From: Amphiscolops sp. MND2022 | Taxonomy: Eukaryota | DNA length: 64,000 bases | Direction of reading: 5' to 3' | Assembly: GCA_964187785.1 (NCBI GenBank) | Contig: OZ076416.1 | Coordinates: forward strand, 8,246,001 to 8,310,000 | Shown: in pieces, positions 1 through 13,204 of the stretch | Numbering within the stretch: position 1 is the stretch's first letter | How the letters are laid out: each line of letters starts with the position of its first letter | Translations under genes and position numbers: made by a program | Notes under the pieces: model-generated | What the model saw: only the letters and a program-made list of their open reading frames with translations | What the model was told of the DNA's origin: nothing | The model's database searches: none

Positions 1-192
1 TTAAAGAAAAAAAACGATCGTGTTTTCGAGCAACATAGTGTTTTGGTTAAAGCAGTAGGCTAGTGTTAGTGCTAGTTATTCCGAGCACCAAGTGAAGATG
101 AATGGTACATTCTGGATGTGTTGAACCAACAAAAGAGCAACTCTTGAGGCAAATTGACAGCGCCGCACATTCTATAATTCCAATCTATTTGA

Positions 193-636
193 AACAAGCC
201 GGGAACGGCATAAGTCGGCTCCATATCTAAGGCTCAAAAATAGCAAAACGACTTCAAAGTATTGTTTTACAGTACCCGAAAAACCCAAAAGTTGAACCGA
301 ATTGGCGCGCTAAAGAGGGGGACCCTTTCAGATTTTTAAACACCGTTTGTTGCAAAAAGAAAAATTGAAGGAGAGACACTTTGGAGGAAATTTTTCCGGG
401 AAAAAGTCACGCACTAACAAAAAAAACTGAAAGGGGGGGGGGGCCATTTTGTCTCGCCCGGAATTGTGTTACGCGGGGAAACAGGAAAACCTTTTTGGTT
501 CATTTCGCTAGGCCAAATGGTTCAATTTGACAGCATAAAGTTTCGTAGAACTTGGTGGAACTATTTTGATCAGTTCGTGTGGATTGAAAAGTCACTAAGT
601 AGTCGCGTTTCACTTCATGAAGCGCCGACTGAAAAC
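193..636 (+). mobile_element. Non-autonomous interspersed element family A (DINE-1/HINE Helentron-like), copy 1
   Basis: Head AACAAGCCGGGAACGGCATAAGTCGGCTCCATATCTAAGGCTCAAAAA and tail GAAGCGCCGACTGAAAAC (inverted AGTCGGCGC core). The same head and body recur at 8 or more other places in the window. Superfamily is inferred from recalled similarity to the DINE-1 5' end. Confidence 0.75.
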
Positions 637-807
637 CAAATTCAGAATGTTATTGCACATGACCGATGTAACTGTTTTCTTGACAAATCACTGCTAAAAC
701 GGGTTACTGACTAGCCGACAGGTTTGAAGAGGCAAAAGGCCGTCTCCAGAAAACTTTCCTCCTCACAATCTTCTGATTTACAATACGTTCGTTTTATTTA
801 TGCAAGT

Positions 808-1250
808 GTCACTGAAAAACCAATTAGGGTCCCTGAAGGGGTTAAATTGGATTCCAATTCCTACCAACTTTTCTTACGGTAACAATTTGAACCATGGTAC
901 CACGGCCTACCACCTAATGAGAAAAAATTGCTGGTTTTCATGCATGACGATGCACCTTCGCATGCTTCCAAAAATTCAATGTCATATCTGGCGAGTTTTG
1001 GCATTTTTGGGTCACGATTAATGAACTGGCCACCAGTTTCACCGGATTTAAATCCCATTGAAATCTTTTGGGGTATCATCAAACATGTTTATGCGGAAAA
1101 CAAGCAGTTTTATCCAAAGGACAATCTGTGGAGAGCTATTGTCAATGCTGTTAAGGAAATTGACCTAAACATAATAAAAAAAACTGACCTCCTCAGTTGA
1201 TGAAAAATTTTTGAGAGTGATACGCCTGGACGGTGACTATAAAAAGAACT
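808..1250 (+). pseudogene. Tc1/mariner DDE transposase, C-terminal fragment (disrupted)
   Basis: ORF 928-1200 has FMHDDAPSH and WPPVSPDLNPIEIFW, the Tc1 second-D and E motifs. The upstream frame (PIRVPEGVKLDSNSY) has a stop; there is a frameshift near the 3' end. Confidence 0.85.
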
Positions 1251-3009
1251 GATTCGGATTCTTTATATAGTCACCGATACAATTACTTCGTGGTAATTGT
1301 AATTCCCGAACTTTGGAAAACAATCGTTTTCTATCAATAGCAAACGAAGTTGCATTAACAGAAAGAACAGTTTGTTTTTTAAACACTAAATTTTGGAGGG
1401 AAATACAGTTATCTGTTTTCTGTTGCTTCATATATACTTATGATTCGTTCAAATGAAATGTTTAAACGGAATAGTGTTCTTCTTATTTCATTGAGAAGTT
1501 CTTTCTAAAAATATAACTTGCATAAACAAAACGAACAGGGTGTAAGTATCCACAGAATTCAGCAACAATTCAAATATCAAGTACTTGGCATTGCGTTAAA
1601 TTGAATTTTTGAAAATTTGTGTTTCAGGGATTGGGGTGAAAAAAAACTGTCAACTTCATGAGACTTCGTTTTTTTTTCATAGTTGCTGCTGCTACTCTCG
1701 AGCTTTCGAATTATGTCGTTGCCAGAACAGTTCGCTAGAACATTTGCTAGAGCAGTTCGTAGCTATTCCTCAGCTCAACGAGCGTTGTGCTTACAAAATT
1801 CATAGAAGATCTCGGGAGAACTTAGGCAGAAATTTTATGGCTCGAGCTATTGAAATGCCAAACAGCAAAAAGGTTGAAAACAAAATCATTTTGAACGTGT
1901 TTCAGTTCATTTCATGCAAACGTTTTTTAGACAAACACGTCTGTCACTGAAATTCTACTCGACAACTTCGGAAATCTTACTGTTTTGGATCTGTTTCTCA
2001 GTGAATTCCTGAGGGAACTTTTACCCTAATTACGCCACGAAGCCTCTCTGCAATGTTTGTCTGAAATCAAAGCCATCTCATCTTCAACAAGGAATCGAAC
2101 CAACGGTCTTTTACAATCAAAATACTGTCGAATATTCACTAAGATTAAAAGACTTGAAAATTTGTTCAGTAGAGTCTATAACTGGCTGACTGAACTTAAT
2201 TGTACACCATTAGACCTGAAAAGCATCATTCAAAAAAATCATCAGAAACTTATTTCGTTATATGTTATTGACAGACGACATCTCTTAACAATGTGTTATT
2301 GAATTTGCAACGAATAATTGAAGTTACAGGAAAAAATACTCCAAAGCGAAAAACTGATAACTTAAATGTGCAAAAGTTAGTTGTCAGGGAGACAACAAGA
2401 CGAGCATTAGTGTTCCTTTCTTGCCCTTACTGGATAAAATTTTAAATGGTAATTTTGAGATTTCTTCTACAATACCCAGTCTAAAAAAGTACGAAGAACT
2501 AGTTTCATTGCACCAGGTTTGCAGAGTAGCTTTTTAAAACTGTGCACTGTCCGGACACTATCTCCCCAAGCAAGCAAATGTACCCTTGTTTACAAGCAAA
2601 GAGTCGAGCAAAATTCATTTTTACTTCGAATTGAATCTCAAAGGTCTGATTGCTTGCCTTTGCTCTTTTCCGTTTTGTTCATCTGTTGATGGTTTTTTTC
2701 AAGACCATACTACTATTGAGCACCTTATTGAGCACTGTAGATTCTCTAACCCCCAGTTCTAAACTGAGCAAAAATTGCAAAAAGAGGTTAAAGACAATTT
2801 TGGAGACTCTGGCTATTTTAGTGTCATTTTGGTCATAACTAATAAAATCTAACGATCTCACACAAAACTATGTTAATGGTGGTTGAATTGGATTAAACTC
2901 CATCAGTTGACTGAAATTTTGATACATGGCGAGGCTTTGAAAGAAAAAAATTCGGCACTGTTGTCATGCCTCATTCTAGGCTGAAAGACCCTGAGAGCTA
3001 CTTGACAGA

Positions 3010-3857
3010 CTGTCTTCATTCGACTTATTTGTGACCGCCATCATGAGGTCTTTCAGTTGACTAAACTTTGATTGTAATTCGTTAATTTTCCTCTCGTAAT
3101 TTTCCTTCATTTCAGCTAACTGGGAAGAAATGTCGGAGTTGTCATTGGTATCAGAATCAGTAGTGTTGGACTCTGCAATAACGAGATCCGTGCAGGTATT
3201 CTCTTCTGATTGAAAATCGATGATTTTACGTTTCTGAGCTTGGTACCGTGCTCTAAACTCAGATGAGAGTAAATGTGAAAAGGTGAAAAGTAAATGTGAG
3301 CTAAGACTGGATTATTTGCGATGATTTGTAGATATGTTCTATCTTTTTTGTATGATTTGCAAGTCACTCCAATTCACTATTCTGAACAGAGATGAGTTTT
3401 CGATGAAGAACTAGTAAGATTTCACTTTACAATAGCAGATAATGAGTATAAGGTACGCCAGGAATAAGTCATCTTAACTTCATCATATTTAAATCGAGTG
3501 GTAGTTGGTTGATCATTTAGTAATTTTGGCTAGCTTGGAGACTAAAAGTGGATGAAATTTGGATGTAATTCTGTCGTAAAGCACCGACTGTACTGTCGCT
3601 AGTCGCAATTTTCTTCTGACTGATCAATAATGGCGGTTCAAACTACAGCATTTCGCGCGTTTTGGCTGGTTGGTAAGGCTCAATTCTTACCAACCTTCGT
3701 TCTCATTGGTTATATCAGCTGGTGTTAATTGATAAGTCACGTGACTACCAGTAGTGCGATTTGCCGCATGATGGCCACCTCGTATGCTAAATCTACATTT
3801 TTACTAAGTAGCAATGAATCATAAACTTTACAGCTTTGTAATTTCCTGCACATAACA
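3010..3857 (-). mobile_element. Remnant 5' end of an LTR retrotransposon (putative LTR/leader plus gag N-terminal coiled-coil fragment)
   Basis: Minus frame reads ...SQLAEMKENYERKINELQSKFSQLKDLMMAVTK*, similar in style to the gag N-terminal fragment at 61807-62140. Candidate LTR start TGTTATGTG at 3857; promoter-like motifs at 3629-3746. Confidence 0.35.
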
Positions 3858-4009
3858 ATGGGTACTATGGAGATAGAAACAAGATGAAAATGATAGTTAT
3901 TGCACTAAAATTGAGTCAAATTGAAGCAAAACGTAATAAACGATGGTAAAACGATGTTTTTCTAAGCAATGCAATCAATATTGGACACTATCTCAAGTAC
4001 ACGGATGGA

Positions 4010-4230
4010 TAAGTGATGAAATCTAGTCAGTATCTACTAAAATCCGGCACCAATTTAGCATACGATATAAAAACGATGAAATCCCATATATATTCATTCA
4101 AAATCAGCACTAGTTGGGTTCACGATGAAAAAGGATGAACTTCCTCCTATATCTGCTATTTCCAGCACATTTCTGTTCAGACGATTAAATATTCGATGTG
4201 TTTATACTCATATAAGTAAAATCAGTACAA
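4010..4230. repeat. Degenerate ~60-bp tandem repeat (ACGATGAAATC...AAAATC.GCAC core)
   Basis: Recurrent CGATGAA/AAAATC.GCAC motifs at roughly 60-bp spacing, read by eye. Confidence 0.55.
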
Positions 4231-4427
4231 TCGCTCTTTTATTTATGACTTTAAGTTGTACTTTCCCATTTTCTCTGCTTTCTCTAGTATGGCGATGAAT
4301 CAGTGATGTGCTTTACGTTCAGAAAATGAGAAGTACATTGGTTTGAAGTAACAGATTAAATAAAAGCATATTAAGCAAGTTCGCTGATCATCTTGCAAGG
4401 TGTTTTGTGTAAAAAGCAATAAATCAC

Positions 4428-4690
4428 AAACCAGCGATGGTTTTACGATGAGTGCTAACAAGTTTTAAGTCCCTAGGAATCCGCTGATGGATTTACGATG
4501 TAAATGGATAGCTAAGTCCCATAAAAAATTTATTTGCTAACCCGCTGGTGGATTCGCGATGAACTTTGGAAATTCGTTGAGTAATGCTGCTAGCAAAACC
4601 GCTGATGGACTTGCGATCAAATATAGTAAAATGGTAACTGAGGTAACTGATGTCACCAGCAAAATCTGCTGATGGATTTGCGATGAACTT
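4428..4690. repeat. Five copies of a ~22-nt motif CCGCTGATGGATTTGCGATGAA with variable spacers
   Basis: Copies start at 4431, 4481, 4542, 4599 and 4666; spacing 50, 61, 57 and 67 bp. Confidence 0.8.
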
Positions 4691-5138
4691 CATTAAAGGC
4701 ACCATTTTATGCGTGATTTGCAGTAACTAGTCTACTGGATGAGAAAAGGATGAACTTTTCTTTTTACGGGTCGCATAAATTAGTATTGATGATTACGAGA
4801 TGAGGATCTGTCACGACGGTCGCTCTGAGGCGGGAGCTTACGAAGTAACTTAGAATTCCATCTCTTTTCTGTCCGTCGGTCAAGTCTGACCGGAAAAACT
4901 ATTCTTCCTTTGTCGTTACAAACAATCTTTTTGAGTCTAGCACTTTCTGCTATAAGCATGATCATAATTGCGGCCCCCGGAAATTAGAGTGCTCAATATT
5001 AGTTAAATAGATAGCTGAAACTCAAGAGGGGGAAATGGGATTAGGTACAAGTAACGTAGAGTTGGGCACAACCATGATGAAAAGCCGCCCCGCGAGACGG
5101 CAAGCGAGAAAAACGCGAAAACGTGCCAAGTATCACTG

Positions 5139-5641
5139 TGTGACATCGGAAAATGGGTGCTTTTTGCTACATAAAGTAACGAACCACATGTCTGTGTAAG
5201 CCCATTAACGGTGCCCCTTTGGTATTCTCAGCTTGTGAGCTGGACAAATGACCGACTGACCTATTATTCCGGACTGTAGTACCAAAATTATGTTGTGTTA
5301 ATTGTGTACTTAATTACATGCTCGAGAGCTGCTGTATTGTCATTTGCGTGCTTTCTTCTTGATGATTTTCATGGAATCCCCTGTCTTTAGAATCAATATA
5401 TAATTTGGCCGTCCTGGACCTGTTTTTTGAGCTATTTCTGCGGTGGTCCTGAGAGAAGCAAGATGCCCGTTTATTAAAGCAGTTAAAGACTGGATTAAGT
5501 TCAGAGAGCATCCTCTAAGACGGTTCCCATTCGGGACTGGTATCCTACTGAGACAAAATAGACTGGTATGTCAAGACGGTCAGTCCGGGACAATACGTTT
5601 TCCTCCTCGTGTATCTACTAAGCTATCCTTGCTTGTCATCA
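5139..5641. mobile_element. Possible solo LTR
   Basis: TGTGAC...GTCATCA termini with imperfect 5-bp flanks CACTG/CACTA. No second copy in the window. Confidence 0.25.
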
Positions 5642-6399
5642 CACTATAGTTGGGGAAAAGACTATTTTGAGATGCTTACCTCAAAGAAAGGATTCCGTTA
5701 AACTTTCCAAAAAAAACTTGATCGGGTGAAGTTTCTGGTGGAAGTCATTGATGCTAATCTATGTACACTACCGATTCGAAGTAATTTTGTTCTCAGAATA
5801 TTTTATATATAAATGCTTTTTTTCTTAGAAAGGATCGAAAAGTTTGACCATTTTGGAGAGAACCTAATTTTTTCGGATGCTAATAAATCATTCAACTTTC
5901 AAAAAGAAACATTAATAAACTCGCTTCTTCTGGATTTCGCTTTTGAAAATTGGTGATTTTGGGAACAAGTCATGAAAGTTAATATGTGCGTTTTATTGCA
6001 GTAATTTCATCCAGGGTTACTAAAATTGATCTGTTGTCATAAATTAATAGGTCAGAATTTCGCAAACGTTTCATTCTTTCGACGAGTTTTGTTTCTGCCA
6101 AACATTGACACCAATTGCCACATGGTGCGTTCCCAAAACGGTGCCATAAATTCTTATATCGTGTGAGTCACTCAAACGCACGCCAAACAAGCCTCAAAAA
6201 CGACCAAATAAAGACATTTCCTTTGAACTCTATTTGAAAGTCTGGATAATTGAGAATTATTCAACTAGCAATTAGAAGTTGCGAATTAACAAGAGTGCTA
6301 AGAAACTACAAGATTTCCTAACTTTCATTTCGAACAAATAATTTTCAGCAGAGGACATGATAACCGAAACAACTCGGAGTCACAAACGGGGTGACCATT

Positions 6400-8520
6400 G
6401 AAAATTAGGAAATACCAAAATAAGCAAAAAAAATTTTTGATTATTTTTTAATTAACTTTTTTGAGAATGAAATAAACCGATGAAAATCCCGGAATAACTT
6501 TTTCTCCATTCTCCAACATTCAAAAAAACATCCCTGCAAAACATTATTGTTCGTAGCCAACTATTTGAATTTTTGAAAAAAATGAGTAATTTCTTTTTTG
6601 ACGATTCCTTGCGATTTGACAACGGACACACGAGTCGCACTTCGTTTGGATGTATTCGATGATTCGCGGTCACCAGAATTGAGAAGCTGCCAAGGTGCAT
6701 TTTGTTTAGCAGGCTGAATATAGTGGTTCTCCAATTCTTTGAGACTACAATTTTGTCTTCGTAAGCTACCAGACCATACCATCTAGATTGTATTTCTTTG
6801 TACTGGAAAATGGAAATATGTTTCCAGTATCTTGTCGCGTTCATGTTTTTCTATGCAGACTAAAGTTTTCAACAGGCTGGGGTCCTCTGTAGTTTCAATC
6901 CTGAGGATTTGAAAATCGGTGAATGTTTTTTACTCCGTTTCTCGGACGGTTCTGACTAAATCTCAGTCGTTAGCTTCTTCCGCTTCTACTTTTGGACATG
7001 CCACAACTTGACTTACTGGGTCATGATTGGTTTCAGAATCGATCACGTGCTTTTCCTTCGATATTTGTATGTGTTGGGCAGACCCAACAGAAGCCGTCGA
7101 TGGTCACGATTAGTTTTCCAGTTGTAATTTTGGCTGTGGCGTGGGACTGCCAATGTCCCAGAATGGATCCACTGTCCATTGTTCCAACTACCGCTTTCGT
7201 GGTTGGTAGCCCGGAGATCGATATTTCGCTTGCTGTTGATATATGTGTGTTTTACATGCCTAGCAATTCCGTTTCGGTGGCTGAATGTTTTTTGACGAAT
7301 TACCTTCTGTTACGCAGCACTTTAGGTTCATGTTAACATTTCCATTTCCCTCCTGATACCCGGTTTGTTTCAATTTTTTCTATGATTTTCCATGTAGCGA
7401 TTTATTGTTACGTATGGTCGGAGTTGTCCATCAATTGAAAGTTTTCGCGTTCTCGCGTTCTTGCAACGGTTCTTGCATCGTTTGTGACTTTAATTTCTCT
7501 CTGAATTAAACTTGTGCGACCATAATGTACATTGTTACGGCAATCAAAGGCAGTTTTTTCACGCGTTTCAAATGGCTTTCATTTTGTGTTTGTTTTGTTG
7601 AAATTCGTGTCCACTTGCGCGGTGTGTGATTGGTTACAATGGTTGCTAAGGTAACAGAATTTGGATATGAAAGTGTGGTACGGTATGATGCTGTTGATTA
7701 TGTATTCTTCTTCGTAAGCGTCATCTGCTTGCGGTAGAACCATGGTTTCTGCTGAGGCTTTCCGTGAGTGATAAGTGTTTACCGCTATAAAATTCACATT
7801 GGTTGAAACGTTGTGTGTTAAATGGTACAGCCAATATGTTAACAGCGCGCTTTACGTTTCATTTGATAAATTTTCTTTGATTAAGAGTTCAAGTGCCTGA
7901 TTTCTAATGAATAATGTGAAATGTTTCAATCCTCAGACAGCAGCTAGTTTTCAAGTTCATTAATTCCGTATTTTTCTCCTATATCAGACCGAAAAAGGTT
8001 CGAAGCAAATAGGAATCAGGTGACTGTCGAGTTGTTCCTGCCAGAATGTTTCTCCCACTCATTCAATGTTTCGTTTTCAAGAATTCGGACTTTTTTGCCT
8101 AATTTACATCCAGCTTTCTGTAATTTTGACAAGACAACATCTGTCAGCGCTTTATTGTGTTTTACTGATAGCCTTTTGTTACCACTATGATATCGGTTAT
8201 CCTAGCTGCATATTTCCTTTCATGTATTTGGTCGATAGTTTCCAAACTTGAAGTTGGAGTATCATTAGATTTTTAACCACCCTAGTATCTGGTGAATATG
8301 CCGTCCTGTGACTGCCAAATTACGAATATTGTTTGCATCCTTTTCATATCATTTGGCTGTGCGCATGATCTTGGTCAAGGGAAAAGCGTGATATTAGTTC
8401 TACAGTATTGCACATTTATGTTTTTTTAACCGTAATTTTTCACCAGTCTAATAAAGCCGTTTTCGTTGATGTCTTTGGCCTTCTCTACTGCGGGTTGTGA
8501 AAAAATGGGATTGGTCTTCC
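6400..8520 (-). pseudogene. Highly degraded Ty3/gypsy pol remnant (RT, RNase H linker, integrase N-terminus)
   Basis: YGLVAYEDKIVVSKNWRTTIFSLLNKMHLG parallels RFGLLLYNDRIVIPENMRSTFIAMLHHGH at 23855-25183. ADDAYEEEYIINSI parallels EAEEDFVINQI. LDQDHAHSQ near 8370 parallels IDLDYAYGQ. Confidence 0.7.
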
Positions 8521-9283
8521 CTTTCGCTGAGTTAACTTCGCACCTACTTTCAATTGAATGTCTACTTCTATACCTTTTTTGTATGGTCTCTGTTGAAAAT
8601 TTTATTAAACTTACCCTTTAGCATAGGAATGTCTGGGTCATCTCCAGTAAGATTTGTATTGGGACTGGTAGAACGTGATGCAGACACAAATGTGGATGGC
8701 GGGTTCAGAATAGAGAATGTTTGTCAAACCAAAATCAAGTAAACAGATTTCGGGTCAAATGAGGAAATTGAAAAGTTTTTGATGAACGTTTTTTGAATAG
8801 GATCTCAGAGGACCCAAAATTTGTGTCGTTCGGGGAATTAGACCGTAGTGTATCACAAGAATGATGGGTACAGTTAATGCTTAGATTCAAAGAGCAATCA
8901 ATGAACAGTTCAATTAACGAAAGCATCAACGCCAGAATTGAATCGCAGCTAGCTCGGCTCACGTCACTTCTATTAGGCTGCGCATCTTATATCCTTTAGT
9001 TCTCGAAATTCATCTTAAAAACAGAGGGAATTGTGTAATCATCATTCCTTGTAACCCTTTTATTATTTGATTTTAACCTGGTTACTTACAGCAATGTCTC
9101 GTTTGAGCAATGTTTGCTTTGCCAATCTTTTGAATTTTTTGTAATAAGTTTCAAGAATGAACACTGTTGTATTCTGTTTTCTCATTTGGAAAAGAAGTGT
9201 ATTCATCAAACAAAACTTTCCTTATCTTTCTTTTTCAGTGTGATCAAGCTAATCCTTCTTCTGCACTTAGTTGGCAGTTACTA

Positions 9284-9693
9284 CCGTATATTCCGGCGTA
9301 TAAGCCTCCCTTCCCAATTTTGAAAGGGAAATAGTTGATTTACTGTATGTTCGTCATATAAGCCCCTTAAATCAAGAAAAATAAAAGAAAATAAAAGTTT
9401 AGTAAATGTAAATTGAATGAATTGTCGAGGCATCAATTCAATTTTCAATTCTCAGGGAATAAAATCGGAGTCATCATCTGTCATTTCCTCTGGCTCTGAA
9501 ACTTCTTCGAAAAGAAAATCAACTGCAACGGTATGCAACTCGTCATCAAATGGGTGAATAGTGATCATGCCAAAATGTTGATTCTGAAAAAAACGGTCTT
9601 CGTTCTATGTTCATCGTGTAAGCCCTCACTTGTGTAAGCAAGTTTGACCTCCAAAAATTCAAAAAAGGGGGGTTTATACGCCGGAATATACGG
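9284..9693. mobile_element. pogo/Tigger-like (Tc1/mariner) non-autonomous element, 410 bp
   Basis: 23-bp TIRs CCGTATATTCCGGCGTATAA(G/A)CC (22/23 match) with TA on both sides. The interior minus strand encodes an acidic transposase-like tail, HPFDDELHTVAVDFLFEEVSEPEEMTDDDSDFIP*. Confidence 0.9.
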
Positions 9694-10472
9694 TAATAAA
9701 ACTACAATTGACAGACTAATTAAGTTAAACAGTCTGAGTTTAGTTTGTACACTAAGAGTTGGCGCTCTCTACTACAAACGCAATCAGTCTTCGTTCCTTT
9801 ATTTGACAGTGAGGCGTGTCTTTTTACTTCGACTCGTTTGTTTTTTTTGGAATATCCGAAGTTTTTTTCTTTTTTCCAATCAACTCACGAATGCCCATTG
9901 CACCGTTTCCGCTGATGGCTCAAATTTTTCATATTTTCATGATGATTTTTCGATCTCAATTTCGTGTGGTTCACCTTACTTTTTTAAGAAATATTGTAAA
10001 GAATCAAGCTTCTCTTTTTTGGTTTGAATTGAAGGCGTGTCTTTTCGAAATCACCATGCCATAACATATCAACTCCATTCACCCAGCACTCAAAGTTGAA
10101 TCGTTACTGATTAACCTTTATTGAGTTTTTCTTCTCCCACGATGACAACTGTCATTGTTTCCAGCTAAAATTTTACTTTTCCCATGACGTCAACTTCCGA
10201 TGCCGTCACACTTTTTGAGAATTTGTCAGTTACCTTTCAGATGATGACTCAACGTTCAATTAAAAAAACACTGAGGCTCTTTTCTGTTTTTCCCCACCAC
10301 AAATTTTTTCGAAATTTGTTTCAAATTTCCTTCAAAATTTCAGACTATTAAAATTTTAGCTTGATTAAAAGTAAAAACGGGAAGTTAACGACTATTAGAT
10401 TAGTTTTTTGCTTGAACAAAACATTTGTCACACATTTTTACTATGATTATGGTCGTATTCACTGTCTTTTTG

Positions 10473-10895
10473 GGTTGCATGACATTTCGTCCAATACACT
10501 TTCAACCTATGCAATTTCAACCGTTGCCATTTCAACCGCTCACAATTTCAACCTATTGCATTTTCAACCGTCCACAATTTGGATATGAACCAATTGTGGC
10601 TATTTACTCTTAATTCGGTTGAGCTATTGTTTTTAGAACAGTAATTACTAATGAATCAAACAGTCTCAATTAATAGTCTCATTTTTCATGAAGAAGCAAA
10701 AACGTATCAAAACTGGCGTAATAATTAGCACATTCGTTTTTAGAAATGTATGAAAGTTAAAACCACCAAAATAATTATTAACTAATTACGATCCATTAGC
10801 CAATTTAGGTTAGGTCGAAATGGCGGACGGTTGAAAATGCAAAAGGTTGAAATTGTGAGCGGTTGAAATTGCATAGGATGAAATGTCCTGACATC
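10473..10895. mobile_element. MITE with inverted subterminal TTTCAACC arrays, copy 1
   Basis: Left (TTTCAACC)n and right (GGTTGAAA)n arrays with GACATTTCRTCC TIR core. Interior is homologous to 19718-20100. Confidence 0.75.
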
Positions 10896-11829
10896 GATTT
10901 TTGTGACTCAAAACAGGATGCTGTTGATTTCTTTATCAAGAATACATGACTTCAAAGACAAAAATAGCATGAACAAAATGAACAAACTCTCTCAATTCTA
11001 AATTGTCTCCTCCGAAATATATTTGGAATTGAAGGTTTCTGTTTTGTATTCAATTTTTTAAAATACTTTCAATAAGTTTCCAAAAAACTGGCGGGGCGGA
11101 CAGAAAAGAGCCAACACTATATTTTTCTCTATTCTCTATAAAACAACAATTTTGTTTCAAGAAAACAAAGCATTGTAAGGTTTTTGAAAAAGTATTGTAA
11201 TTAAAGTCATATTCATTGAACATTCAAACAGTTATTTTAGTAAAACGGAAATCATTCCAACACTTTTTGCTGTAACCAGGGATGTCAATTTCATTTAAAA
11301 ACTTTTCCTGGAAAAGTCTTTTAATCTTTCATTTCTGACAAAATACCCCCAACAAATTTTAGAAAAAATGATTAGGACCCGACTTTGAAAAATCCGCATG
11401 GGGAAACATACACCTTCAAACATAAGACTGAAAAAGTATGCTCAACAAAATTCTAGAAGAAAATCTAATTTTCTCATTTCAGAACCAGTGACTCAAATCG
11501 TAACTGAAATAAATTCTCCAAGATTCCTTTCTTGTCACCTGTCTTAACCAATCAGCTAGTATTCCTTGCATTAGTACAGGTGAAAACCCCCTGCACGCTG
11601 ACAAATTGTCCCGTTTTTCCTGCCTGTCCATTTTGTTCACACATGGTCACTAATCTAATTCTAAATTTACCCATTTCTAATTTGTCTGACCAGTGATTCG
11701 TGTTCTTGCGGTCATTTTTAAGCGTTTTTCGGTTGCCTTCTTAAAAAATTATTGCGACAGCAATAAGAAATATAAAAGCGACAGGTTACTTAAGGCAAAA
11801 TTTTGCCAGAAAAGACAACAGGATCGAAA

Positions 11830-13138
11830 AGCTTCCGTATTTCCTCTCGAAAAATGCCGTAACGTTTTGTCGACAGAAGACCATAAATCAGGGGAGGCGG
11901 AAATTTCGTCGCCAGAAATTTCGTCGTAAGAAATTTCGTCGTAAGAAATTTCGTCGTAAGAAATTTCGTCGTATTAGCAAATCCAGAAATTTCGTCGTCA
12001 GAAAATTCGTCGTCGGAAATTTCGTCGTATTGATAAGAATAACAGCGTTCACCAAAAGATATCATTTGAATTATACAATTACTTAATTATTAAAATGAGA
12101 TCTTGAGAGCAAGTTTCATTTTGACGCCAAAATTGAGTCAAAAAGTTAATTGCATTCAATCAACTCATCAAGACGCTTATTAAGCAAGGGTATATTTTCA
12201 GTCCTACCGGTTGAACTACTTACCGGGCTTCACAATACAATTCAAGCTTGCTCCAGGGGGAATTTTTGCTTTTTTGTCAGAAAATTACCAAAATTCCTTT
12301 GGTAATGGAAATTTTTGCTTTAAGTGTCGAAGCAACTTCGTGTTGAGGGGATAAGAAACAAGGTGTATGTGGGGAGTTATAAGGTCCGAAACTTTTTCAA
12401 AACCATAACAAAAAGTAGTCAATGATAGTAATTGTTGCACAATTATTGATAATTATTAAGACTCAATAATAAGGCGATTCCTAATAGATTAAAGAAAATG
12501 CGACGTTTTATAGAACGTAATCACCGACGACGAAATTTCCGACGACGAAATTCCTGACGACGAAATTTCCGACGACGAAATTTCCGACGACGAAATTTCT
12601 TGCGACGAAATTTCTGACGACGAAATTTCCGACGACGAAATTTCTGGTAATCTAAATCAGTATTTTACTTTCTCGAGGTAATTTTTCTTTTTTTAACCTG
12701 TCGAACTTAGAAATGTGAGTTTCAGCTTTATATTCTATTCGGTATTGAAAACTTTTTAAAAATCAACTTTTTGATTTTTACGGCAAAAAACTTGCAACGA
12801 ATCAGAAAAAAATTAGCTTCGCTTCCGTGATGAAACAGTTTTTTGGTGATTAAATTCTCGACAAAATCTGCCTTGAAATATTTCGGGGCGAGAGAGTTTC
12901 CTAAAAGCAATTTTTTACAGTTTTTGGTTTGATTCTGTGGTCTAGCCAACTCAATGCGACTAGAGAGAAATCCGGCGATACCTCGCATTTTTGGATACTT
13001 GAAAAAACGAAGAGAGAACTGTCAAAAAAATGTCACCCTAGGTGTGAAAAAGAAACCCGAAATTTTCTTGGATTTACGAGATTTTTCTCTGCACAGGTTG
13101 AACTATGCGACAGCGACTGATACATGATCTCATCACTA
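11830..13138. mobile_element. Interspersed repeat (~530 bp) interrupted by a 761-bp MITE
   Basis: Co-linear with 14192-14720 from GCTTCCGTA.TTCCTCTCG to CGACTGATACATGATC once 11892-12652 and one TSD copy are removed. Confidence 0.85.
11892..12652. mobile_element. 761-bp MITE with inverted (GAAATTTCGTCG)n subterminal arrays and 8-bp TSD
   Basis: TSD TAAATCAG at 11884-11891 and 12653-12660. The paralogous empty site at ~14247 has a single TAAATCAG. An 8-bp TSD fits hAT or Merlin; superfamily not resolved. Confidence 0.9.
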
Positions 13139-13204
13139 GGTTGTCAAAAATGCTATATCGCAGCCATTTGAAACAGTACGAAAATTTGGACATGAAAAAT
13201 TTTA

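Noticed and set aside
1950-2900. Possible transposase remnant (ORFs 2057-2302, 2650-2838)
   Set aside because: No diagnostic motif recognised in any frame.
4428-4690. CRISPR array
   Set aside because: Eukaryotic context, no cas genes, degenerate repeats and partly related spacers.
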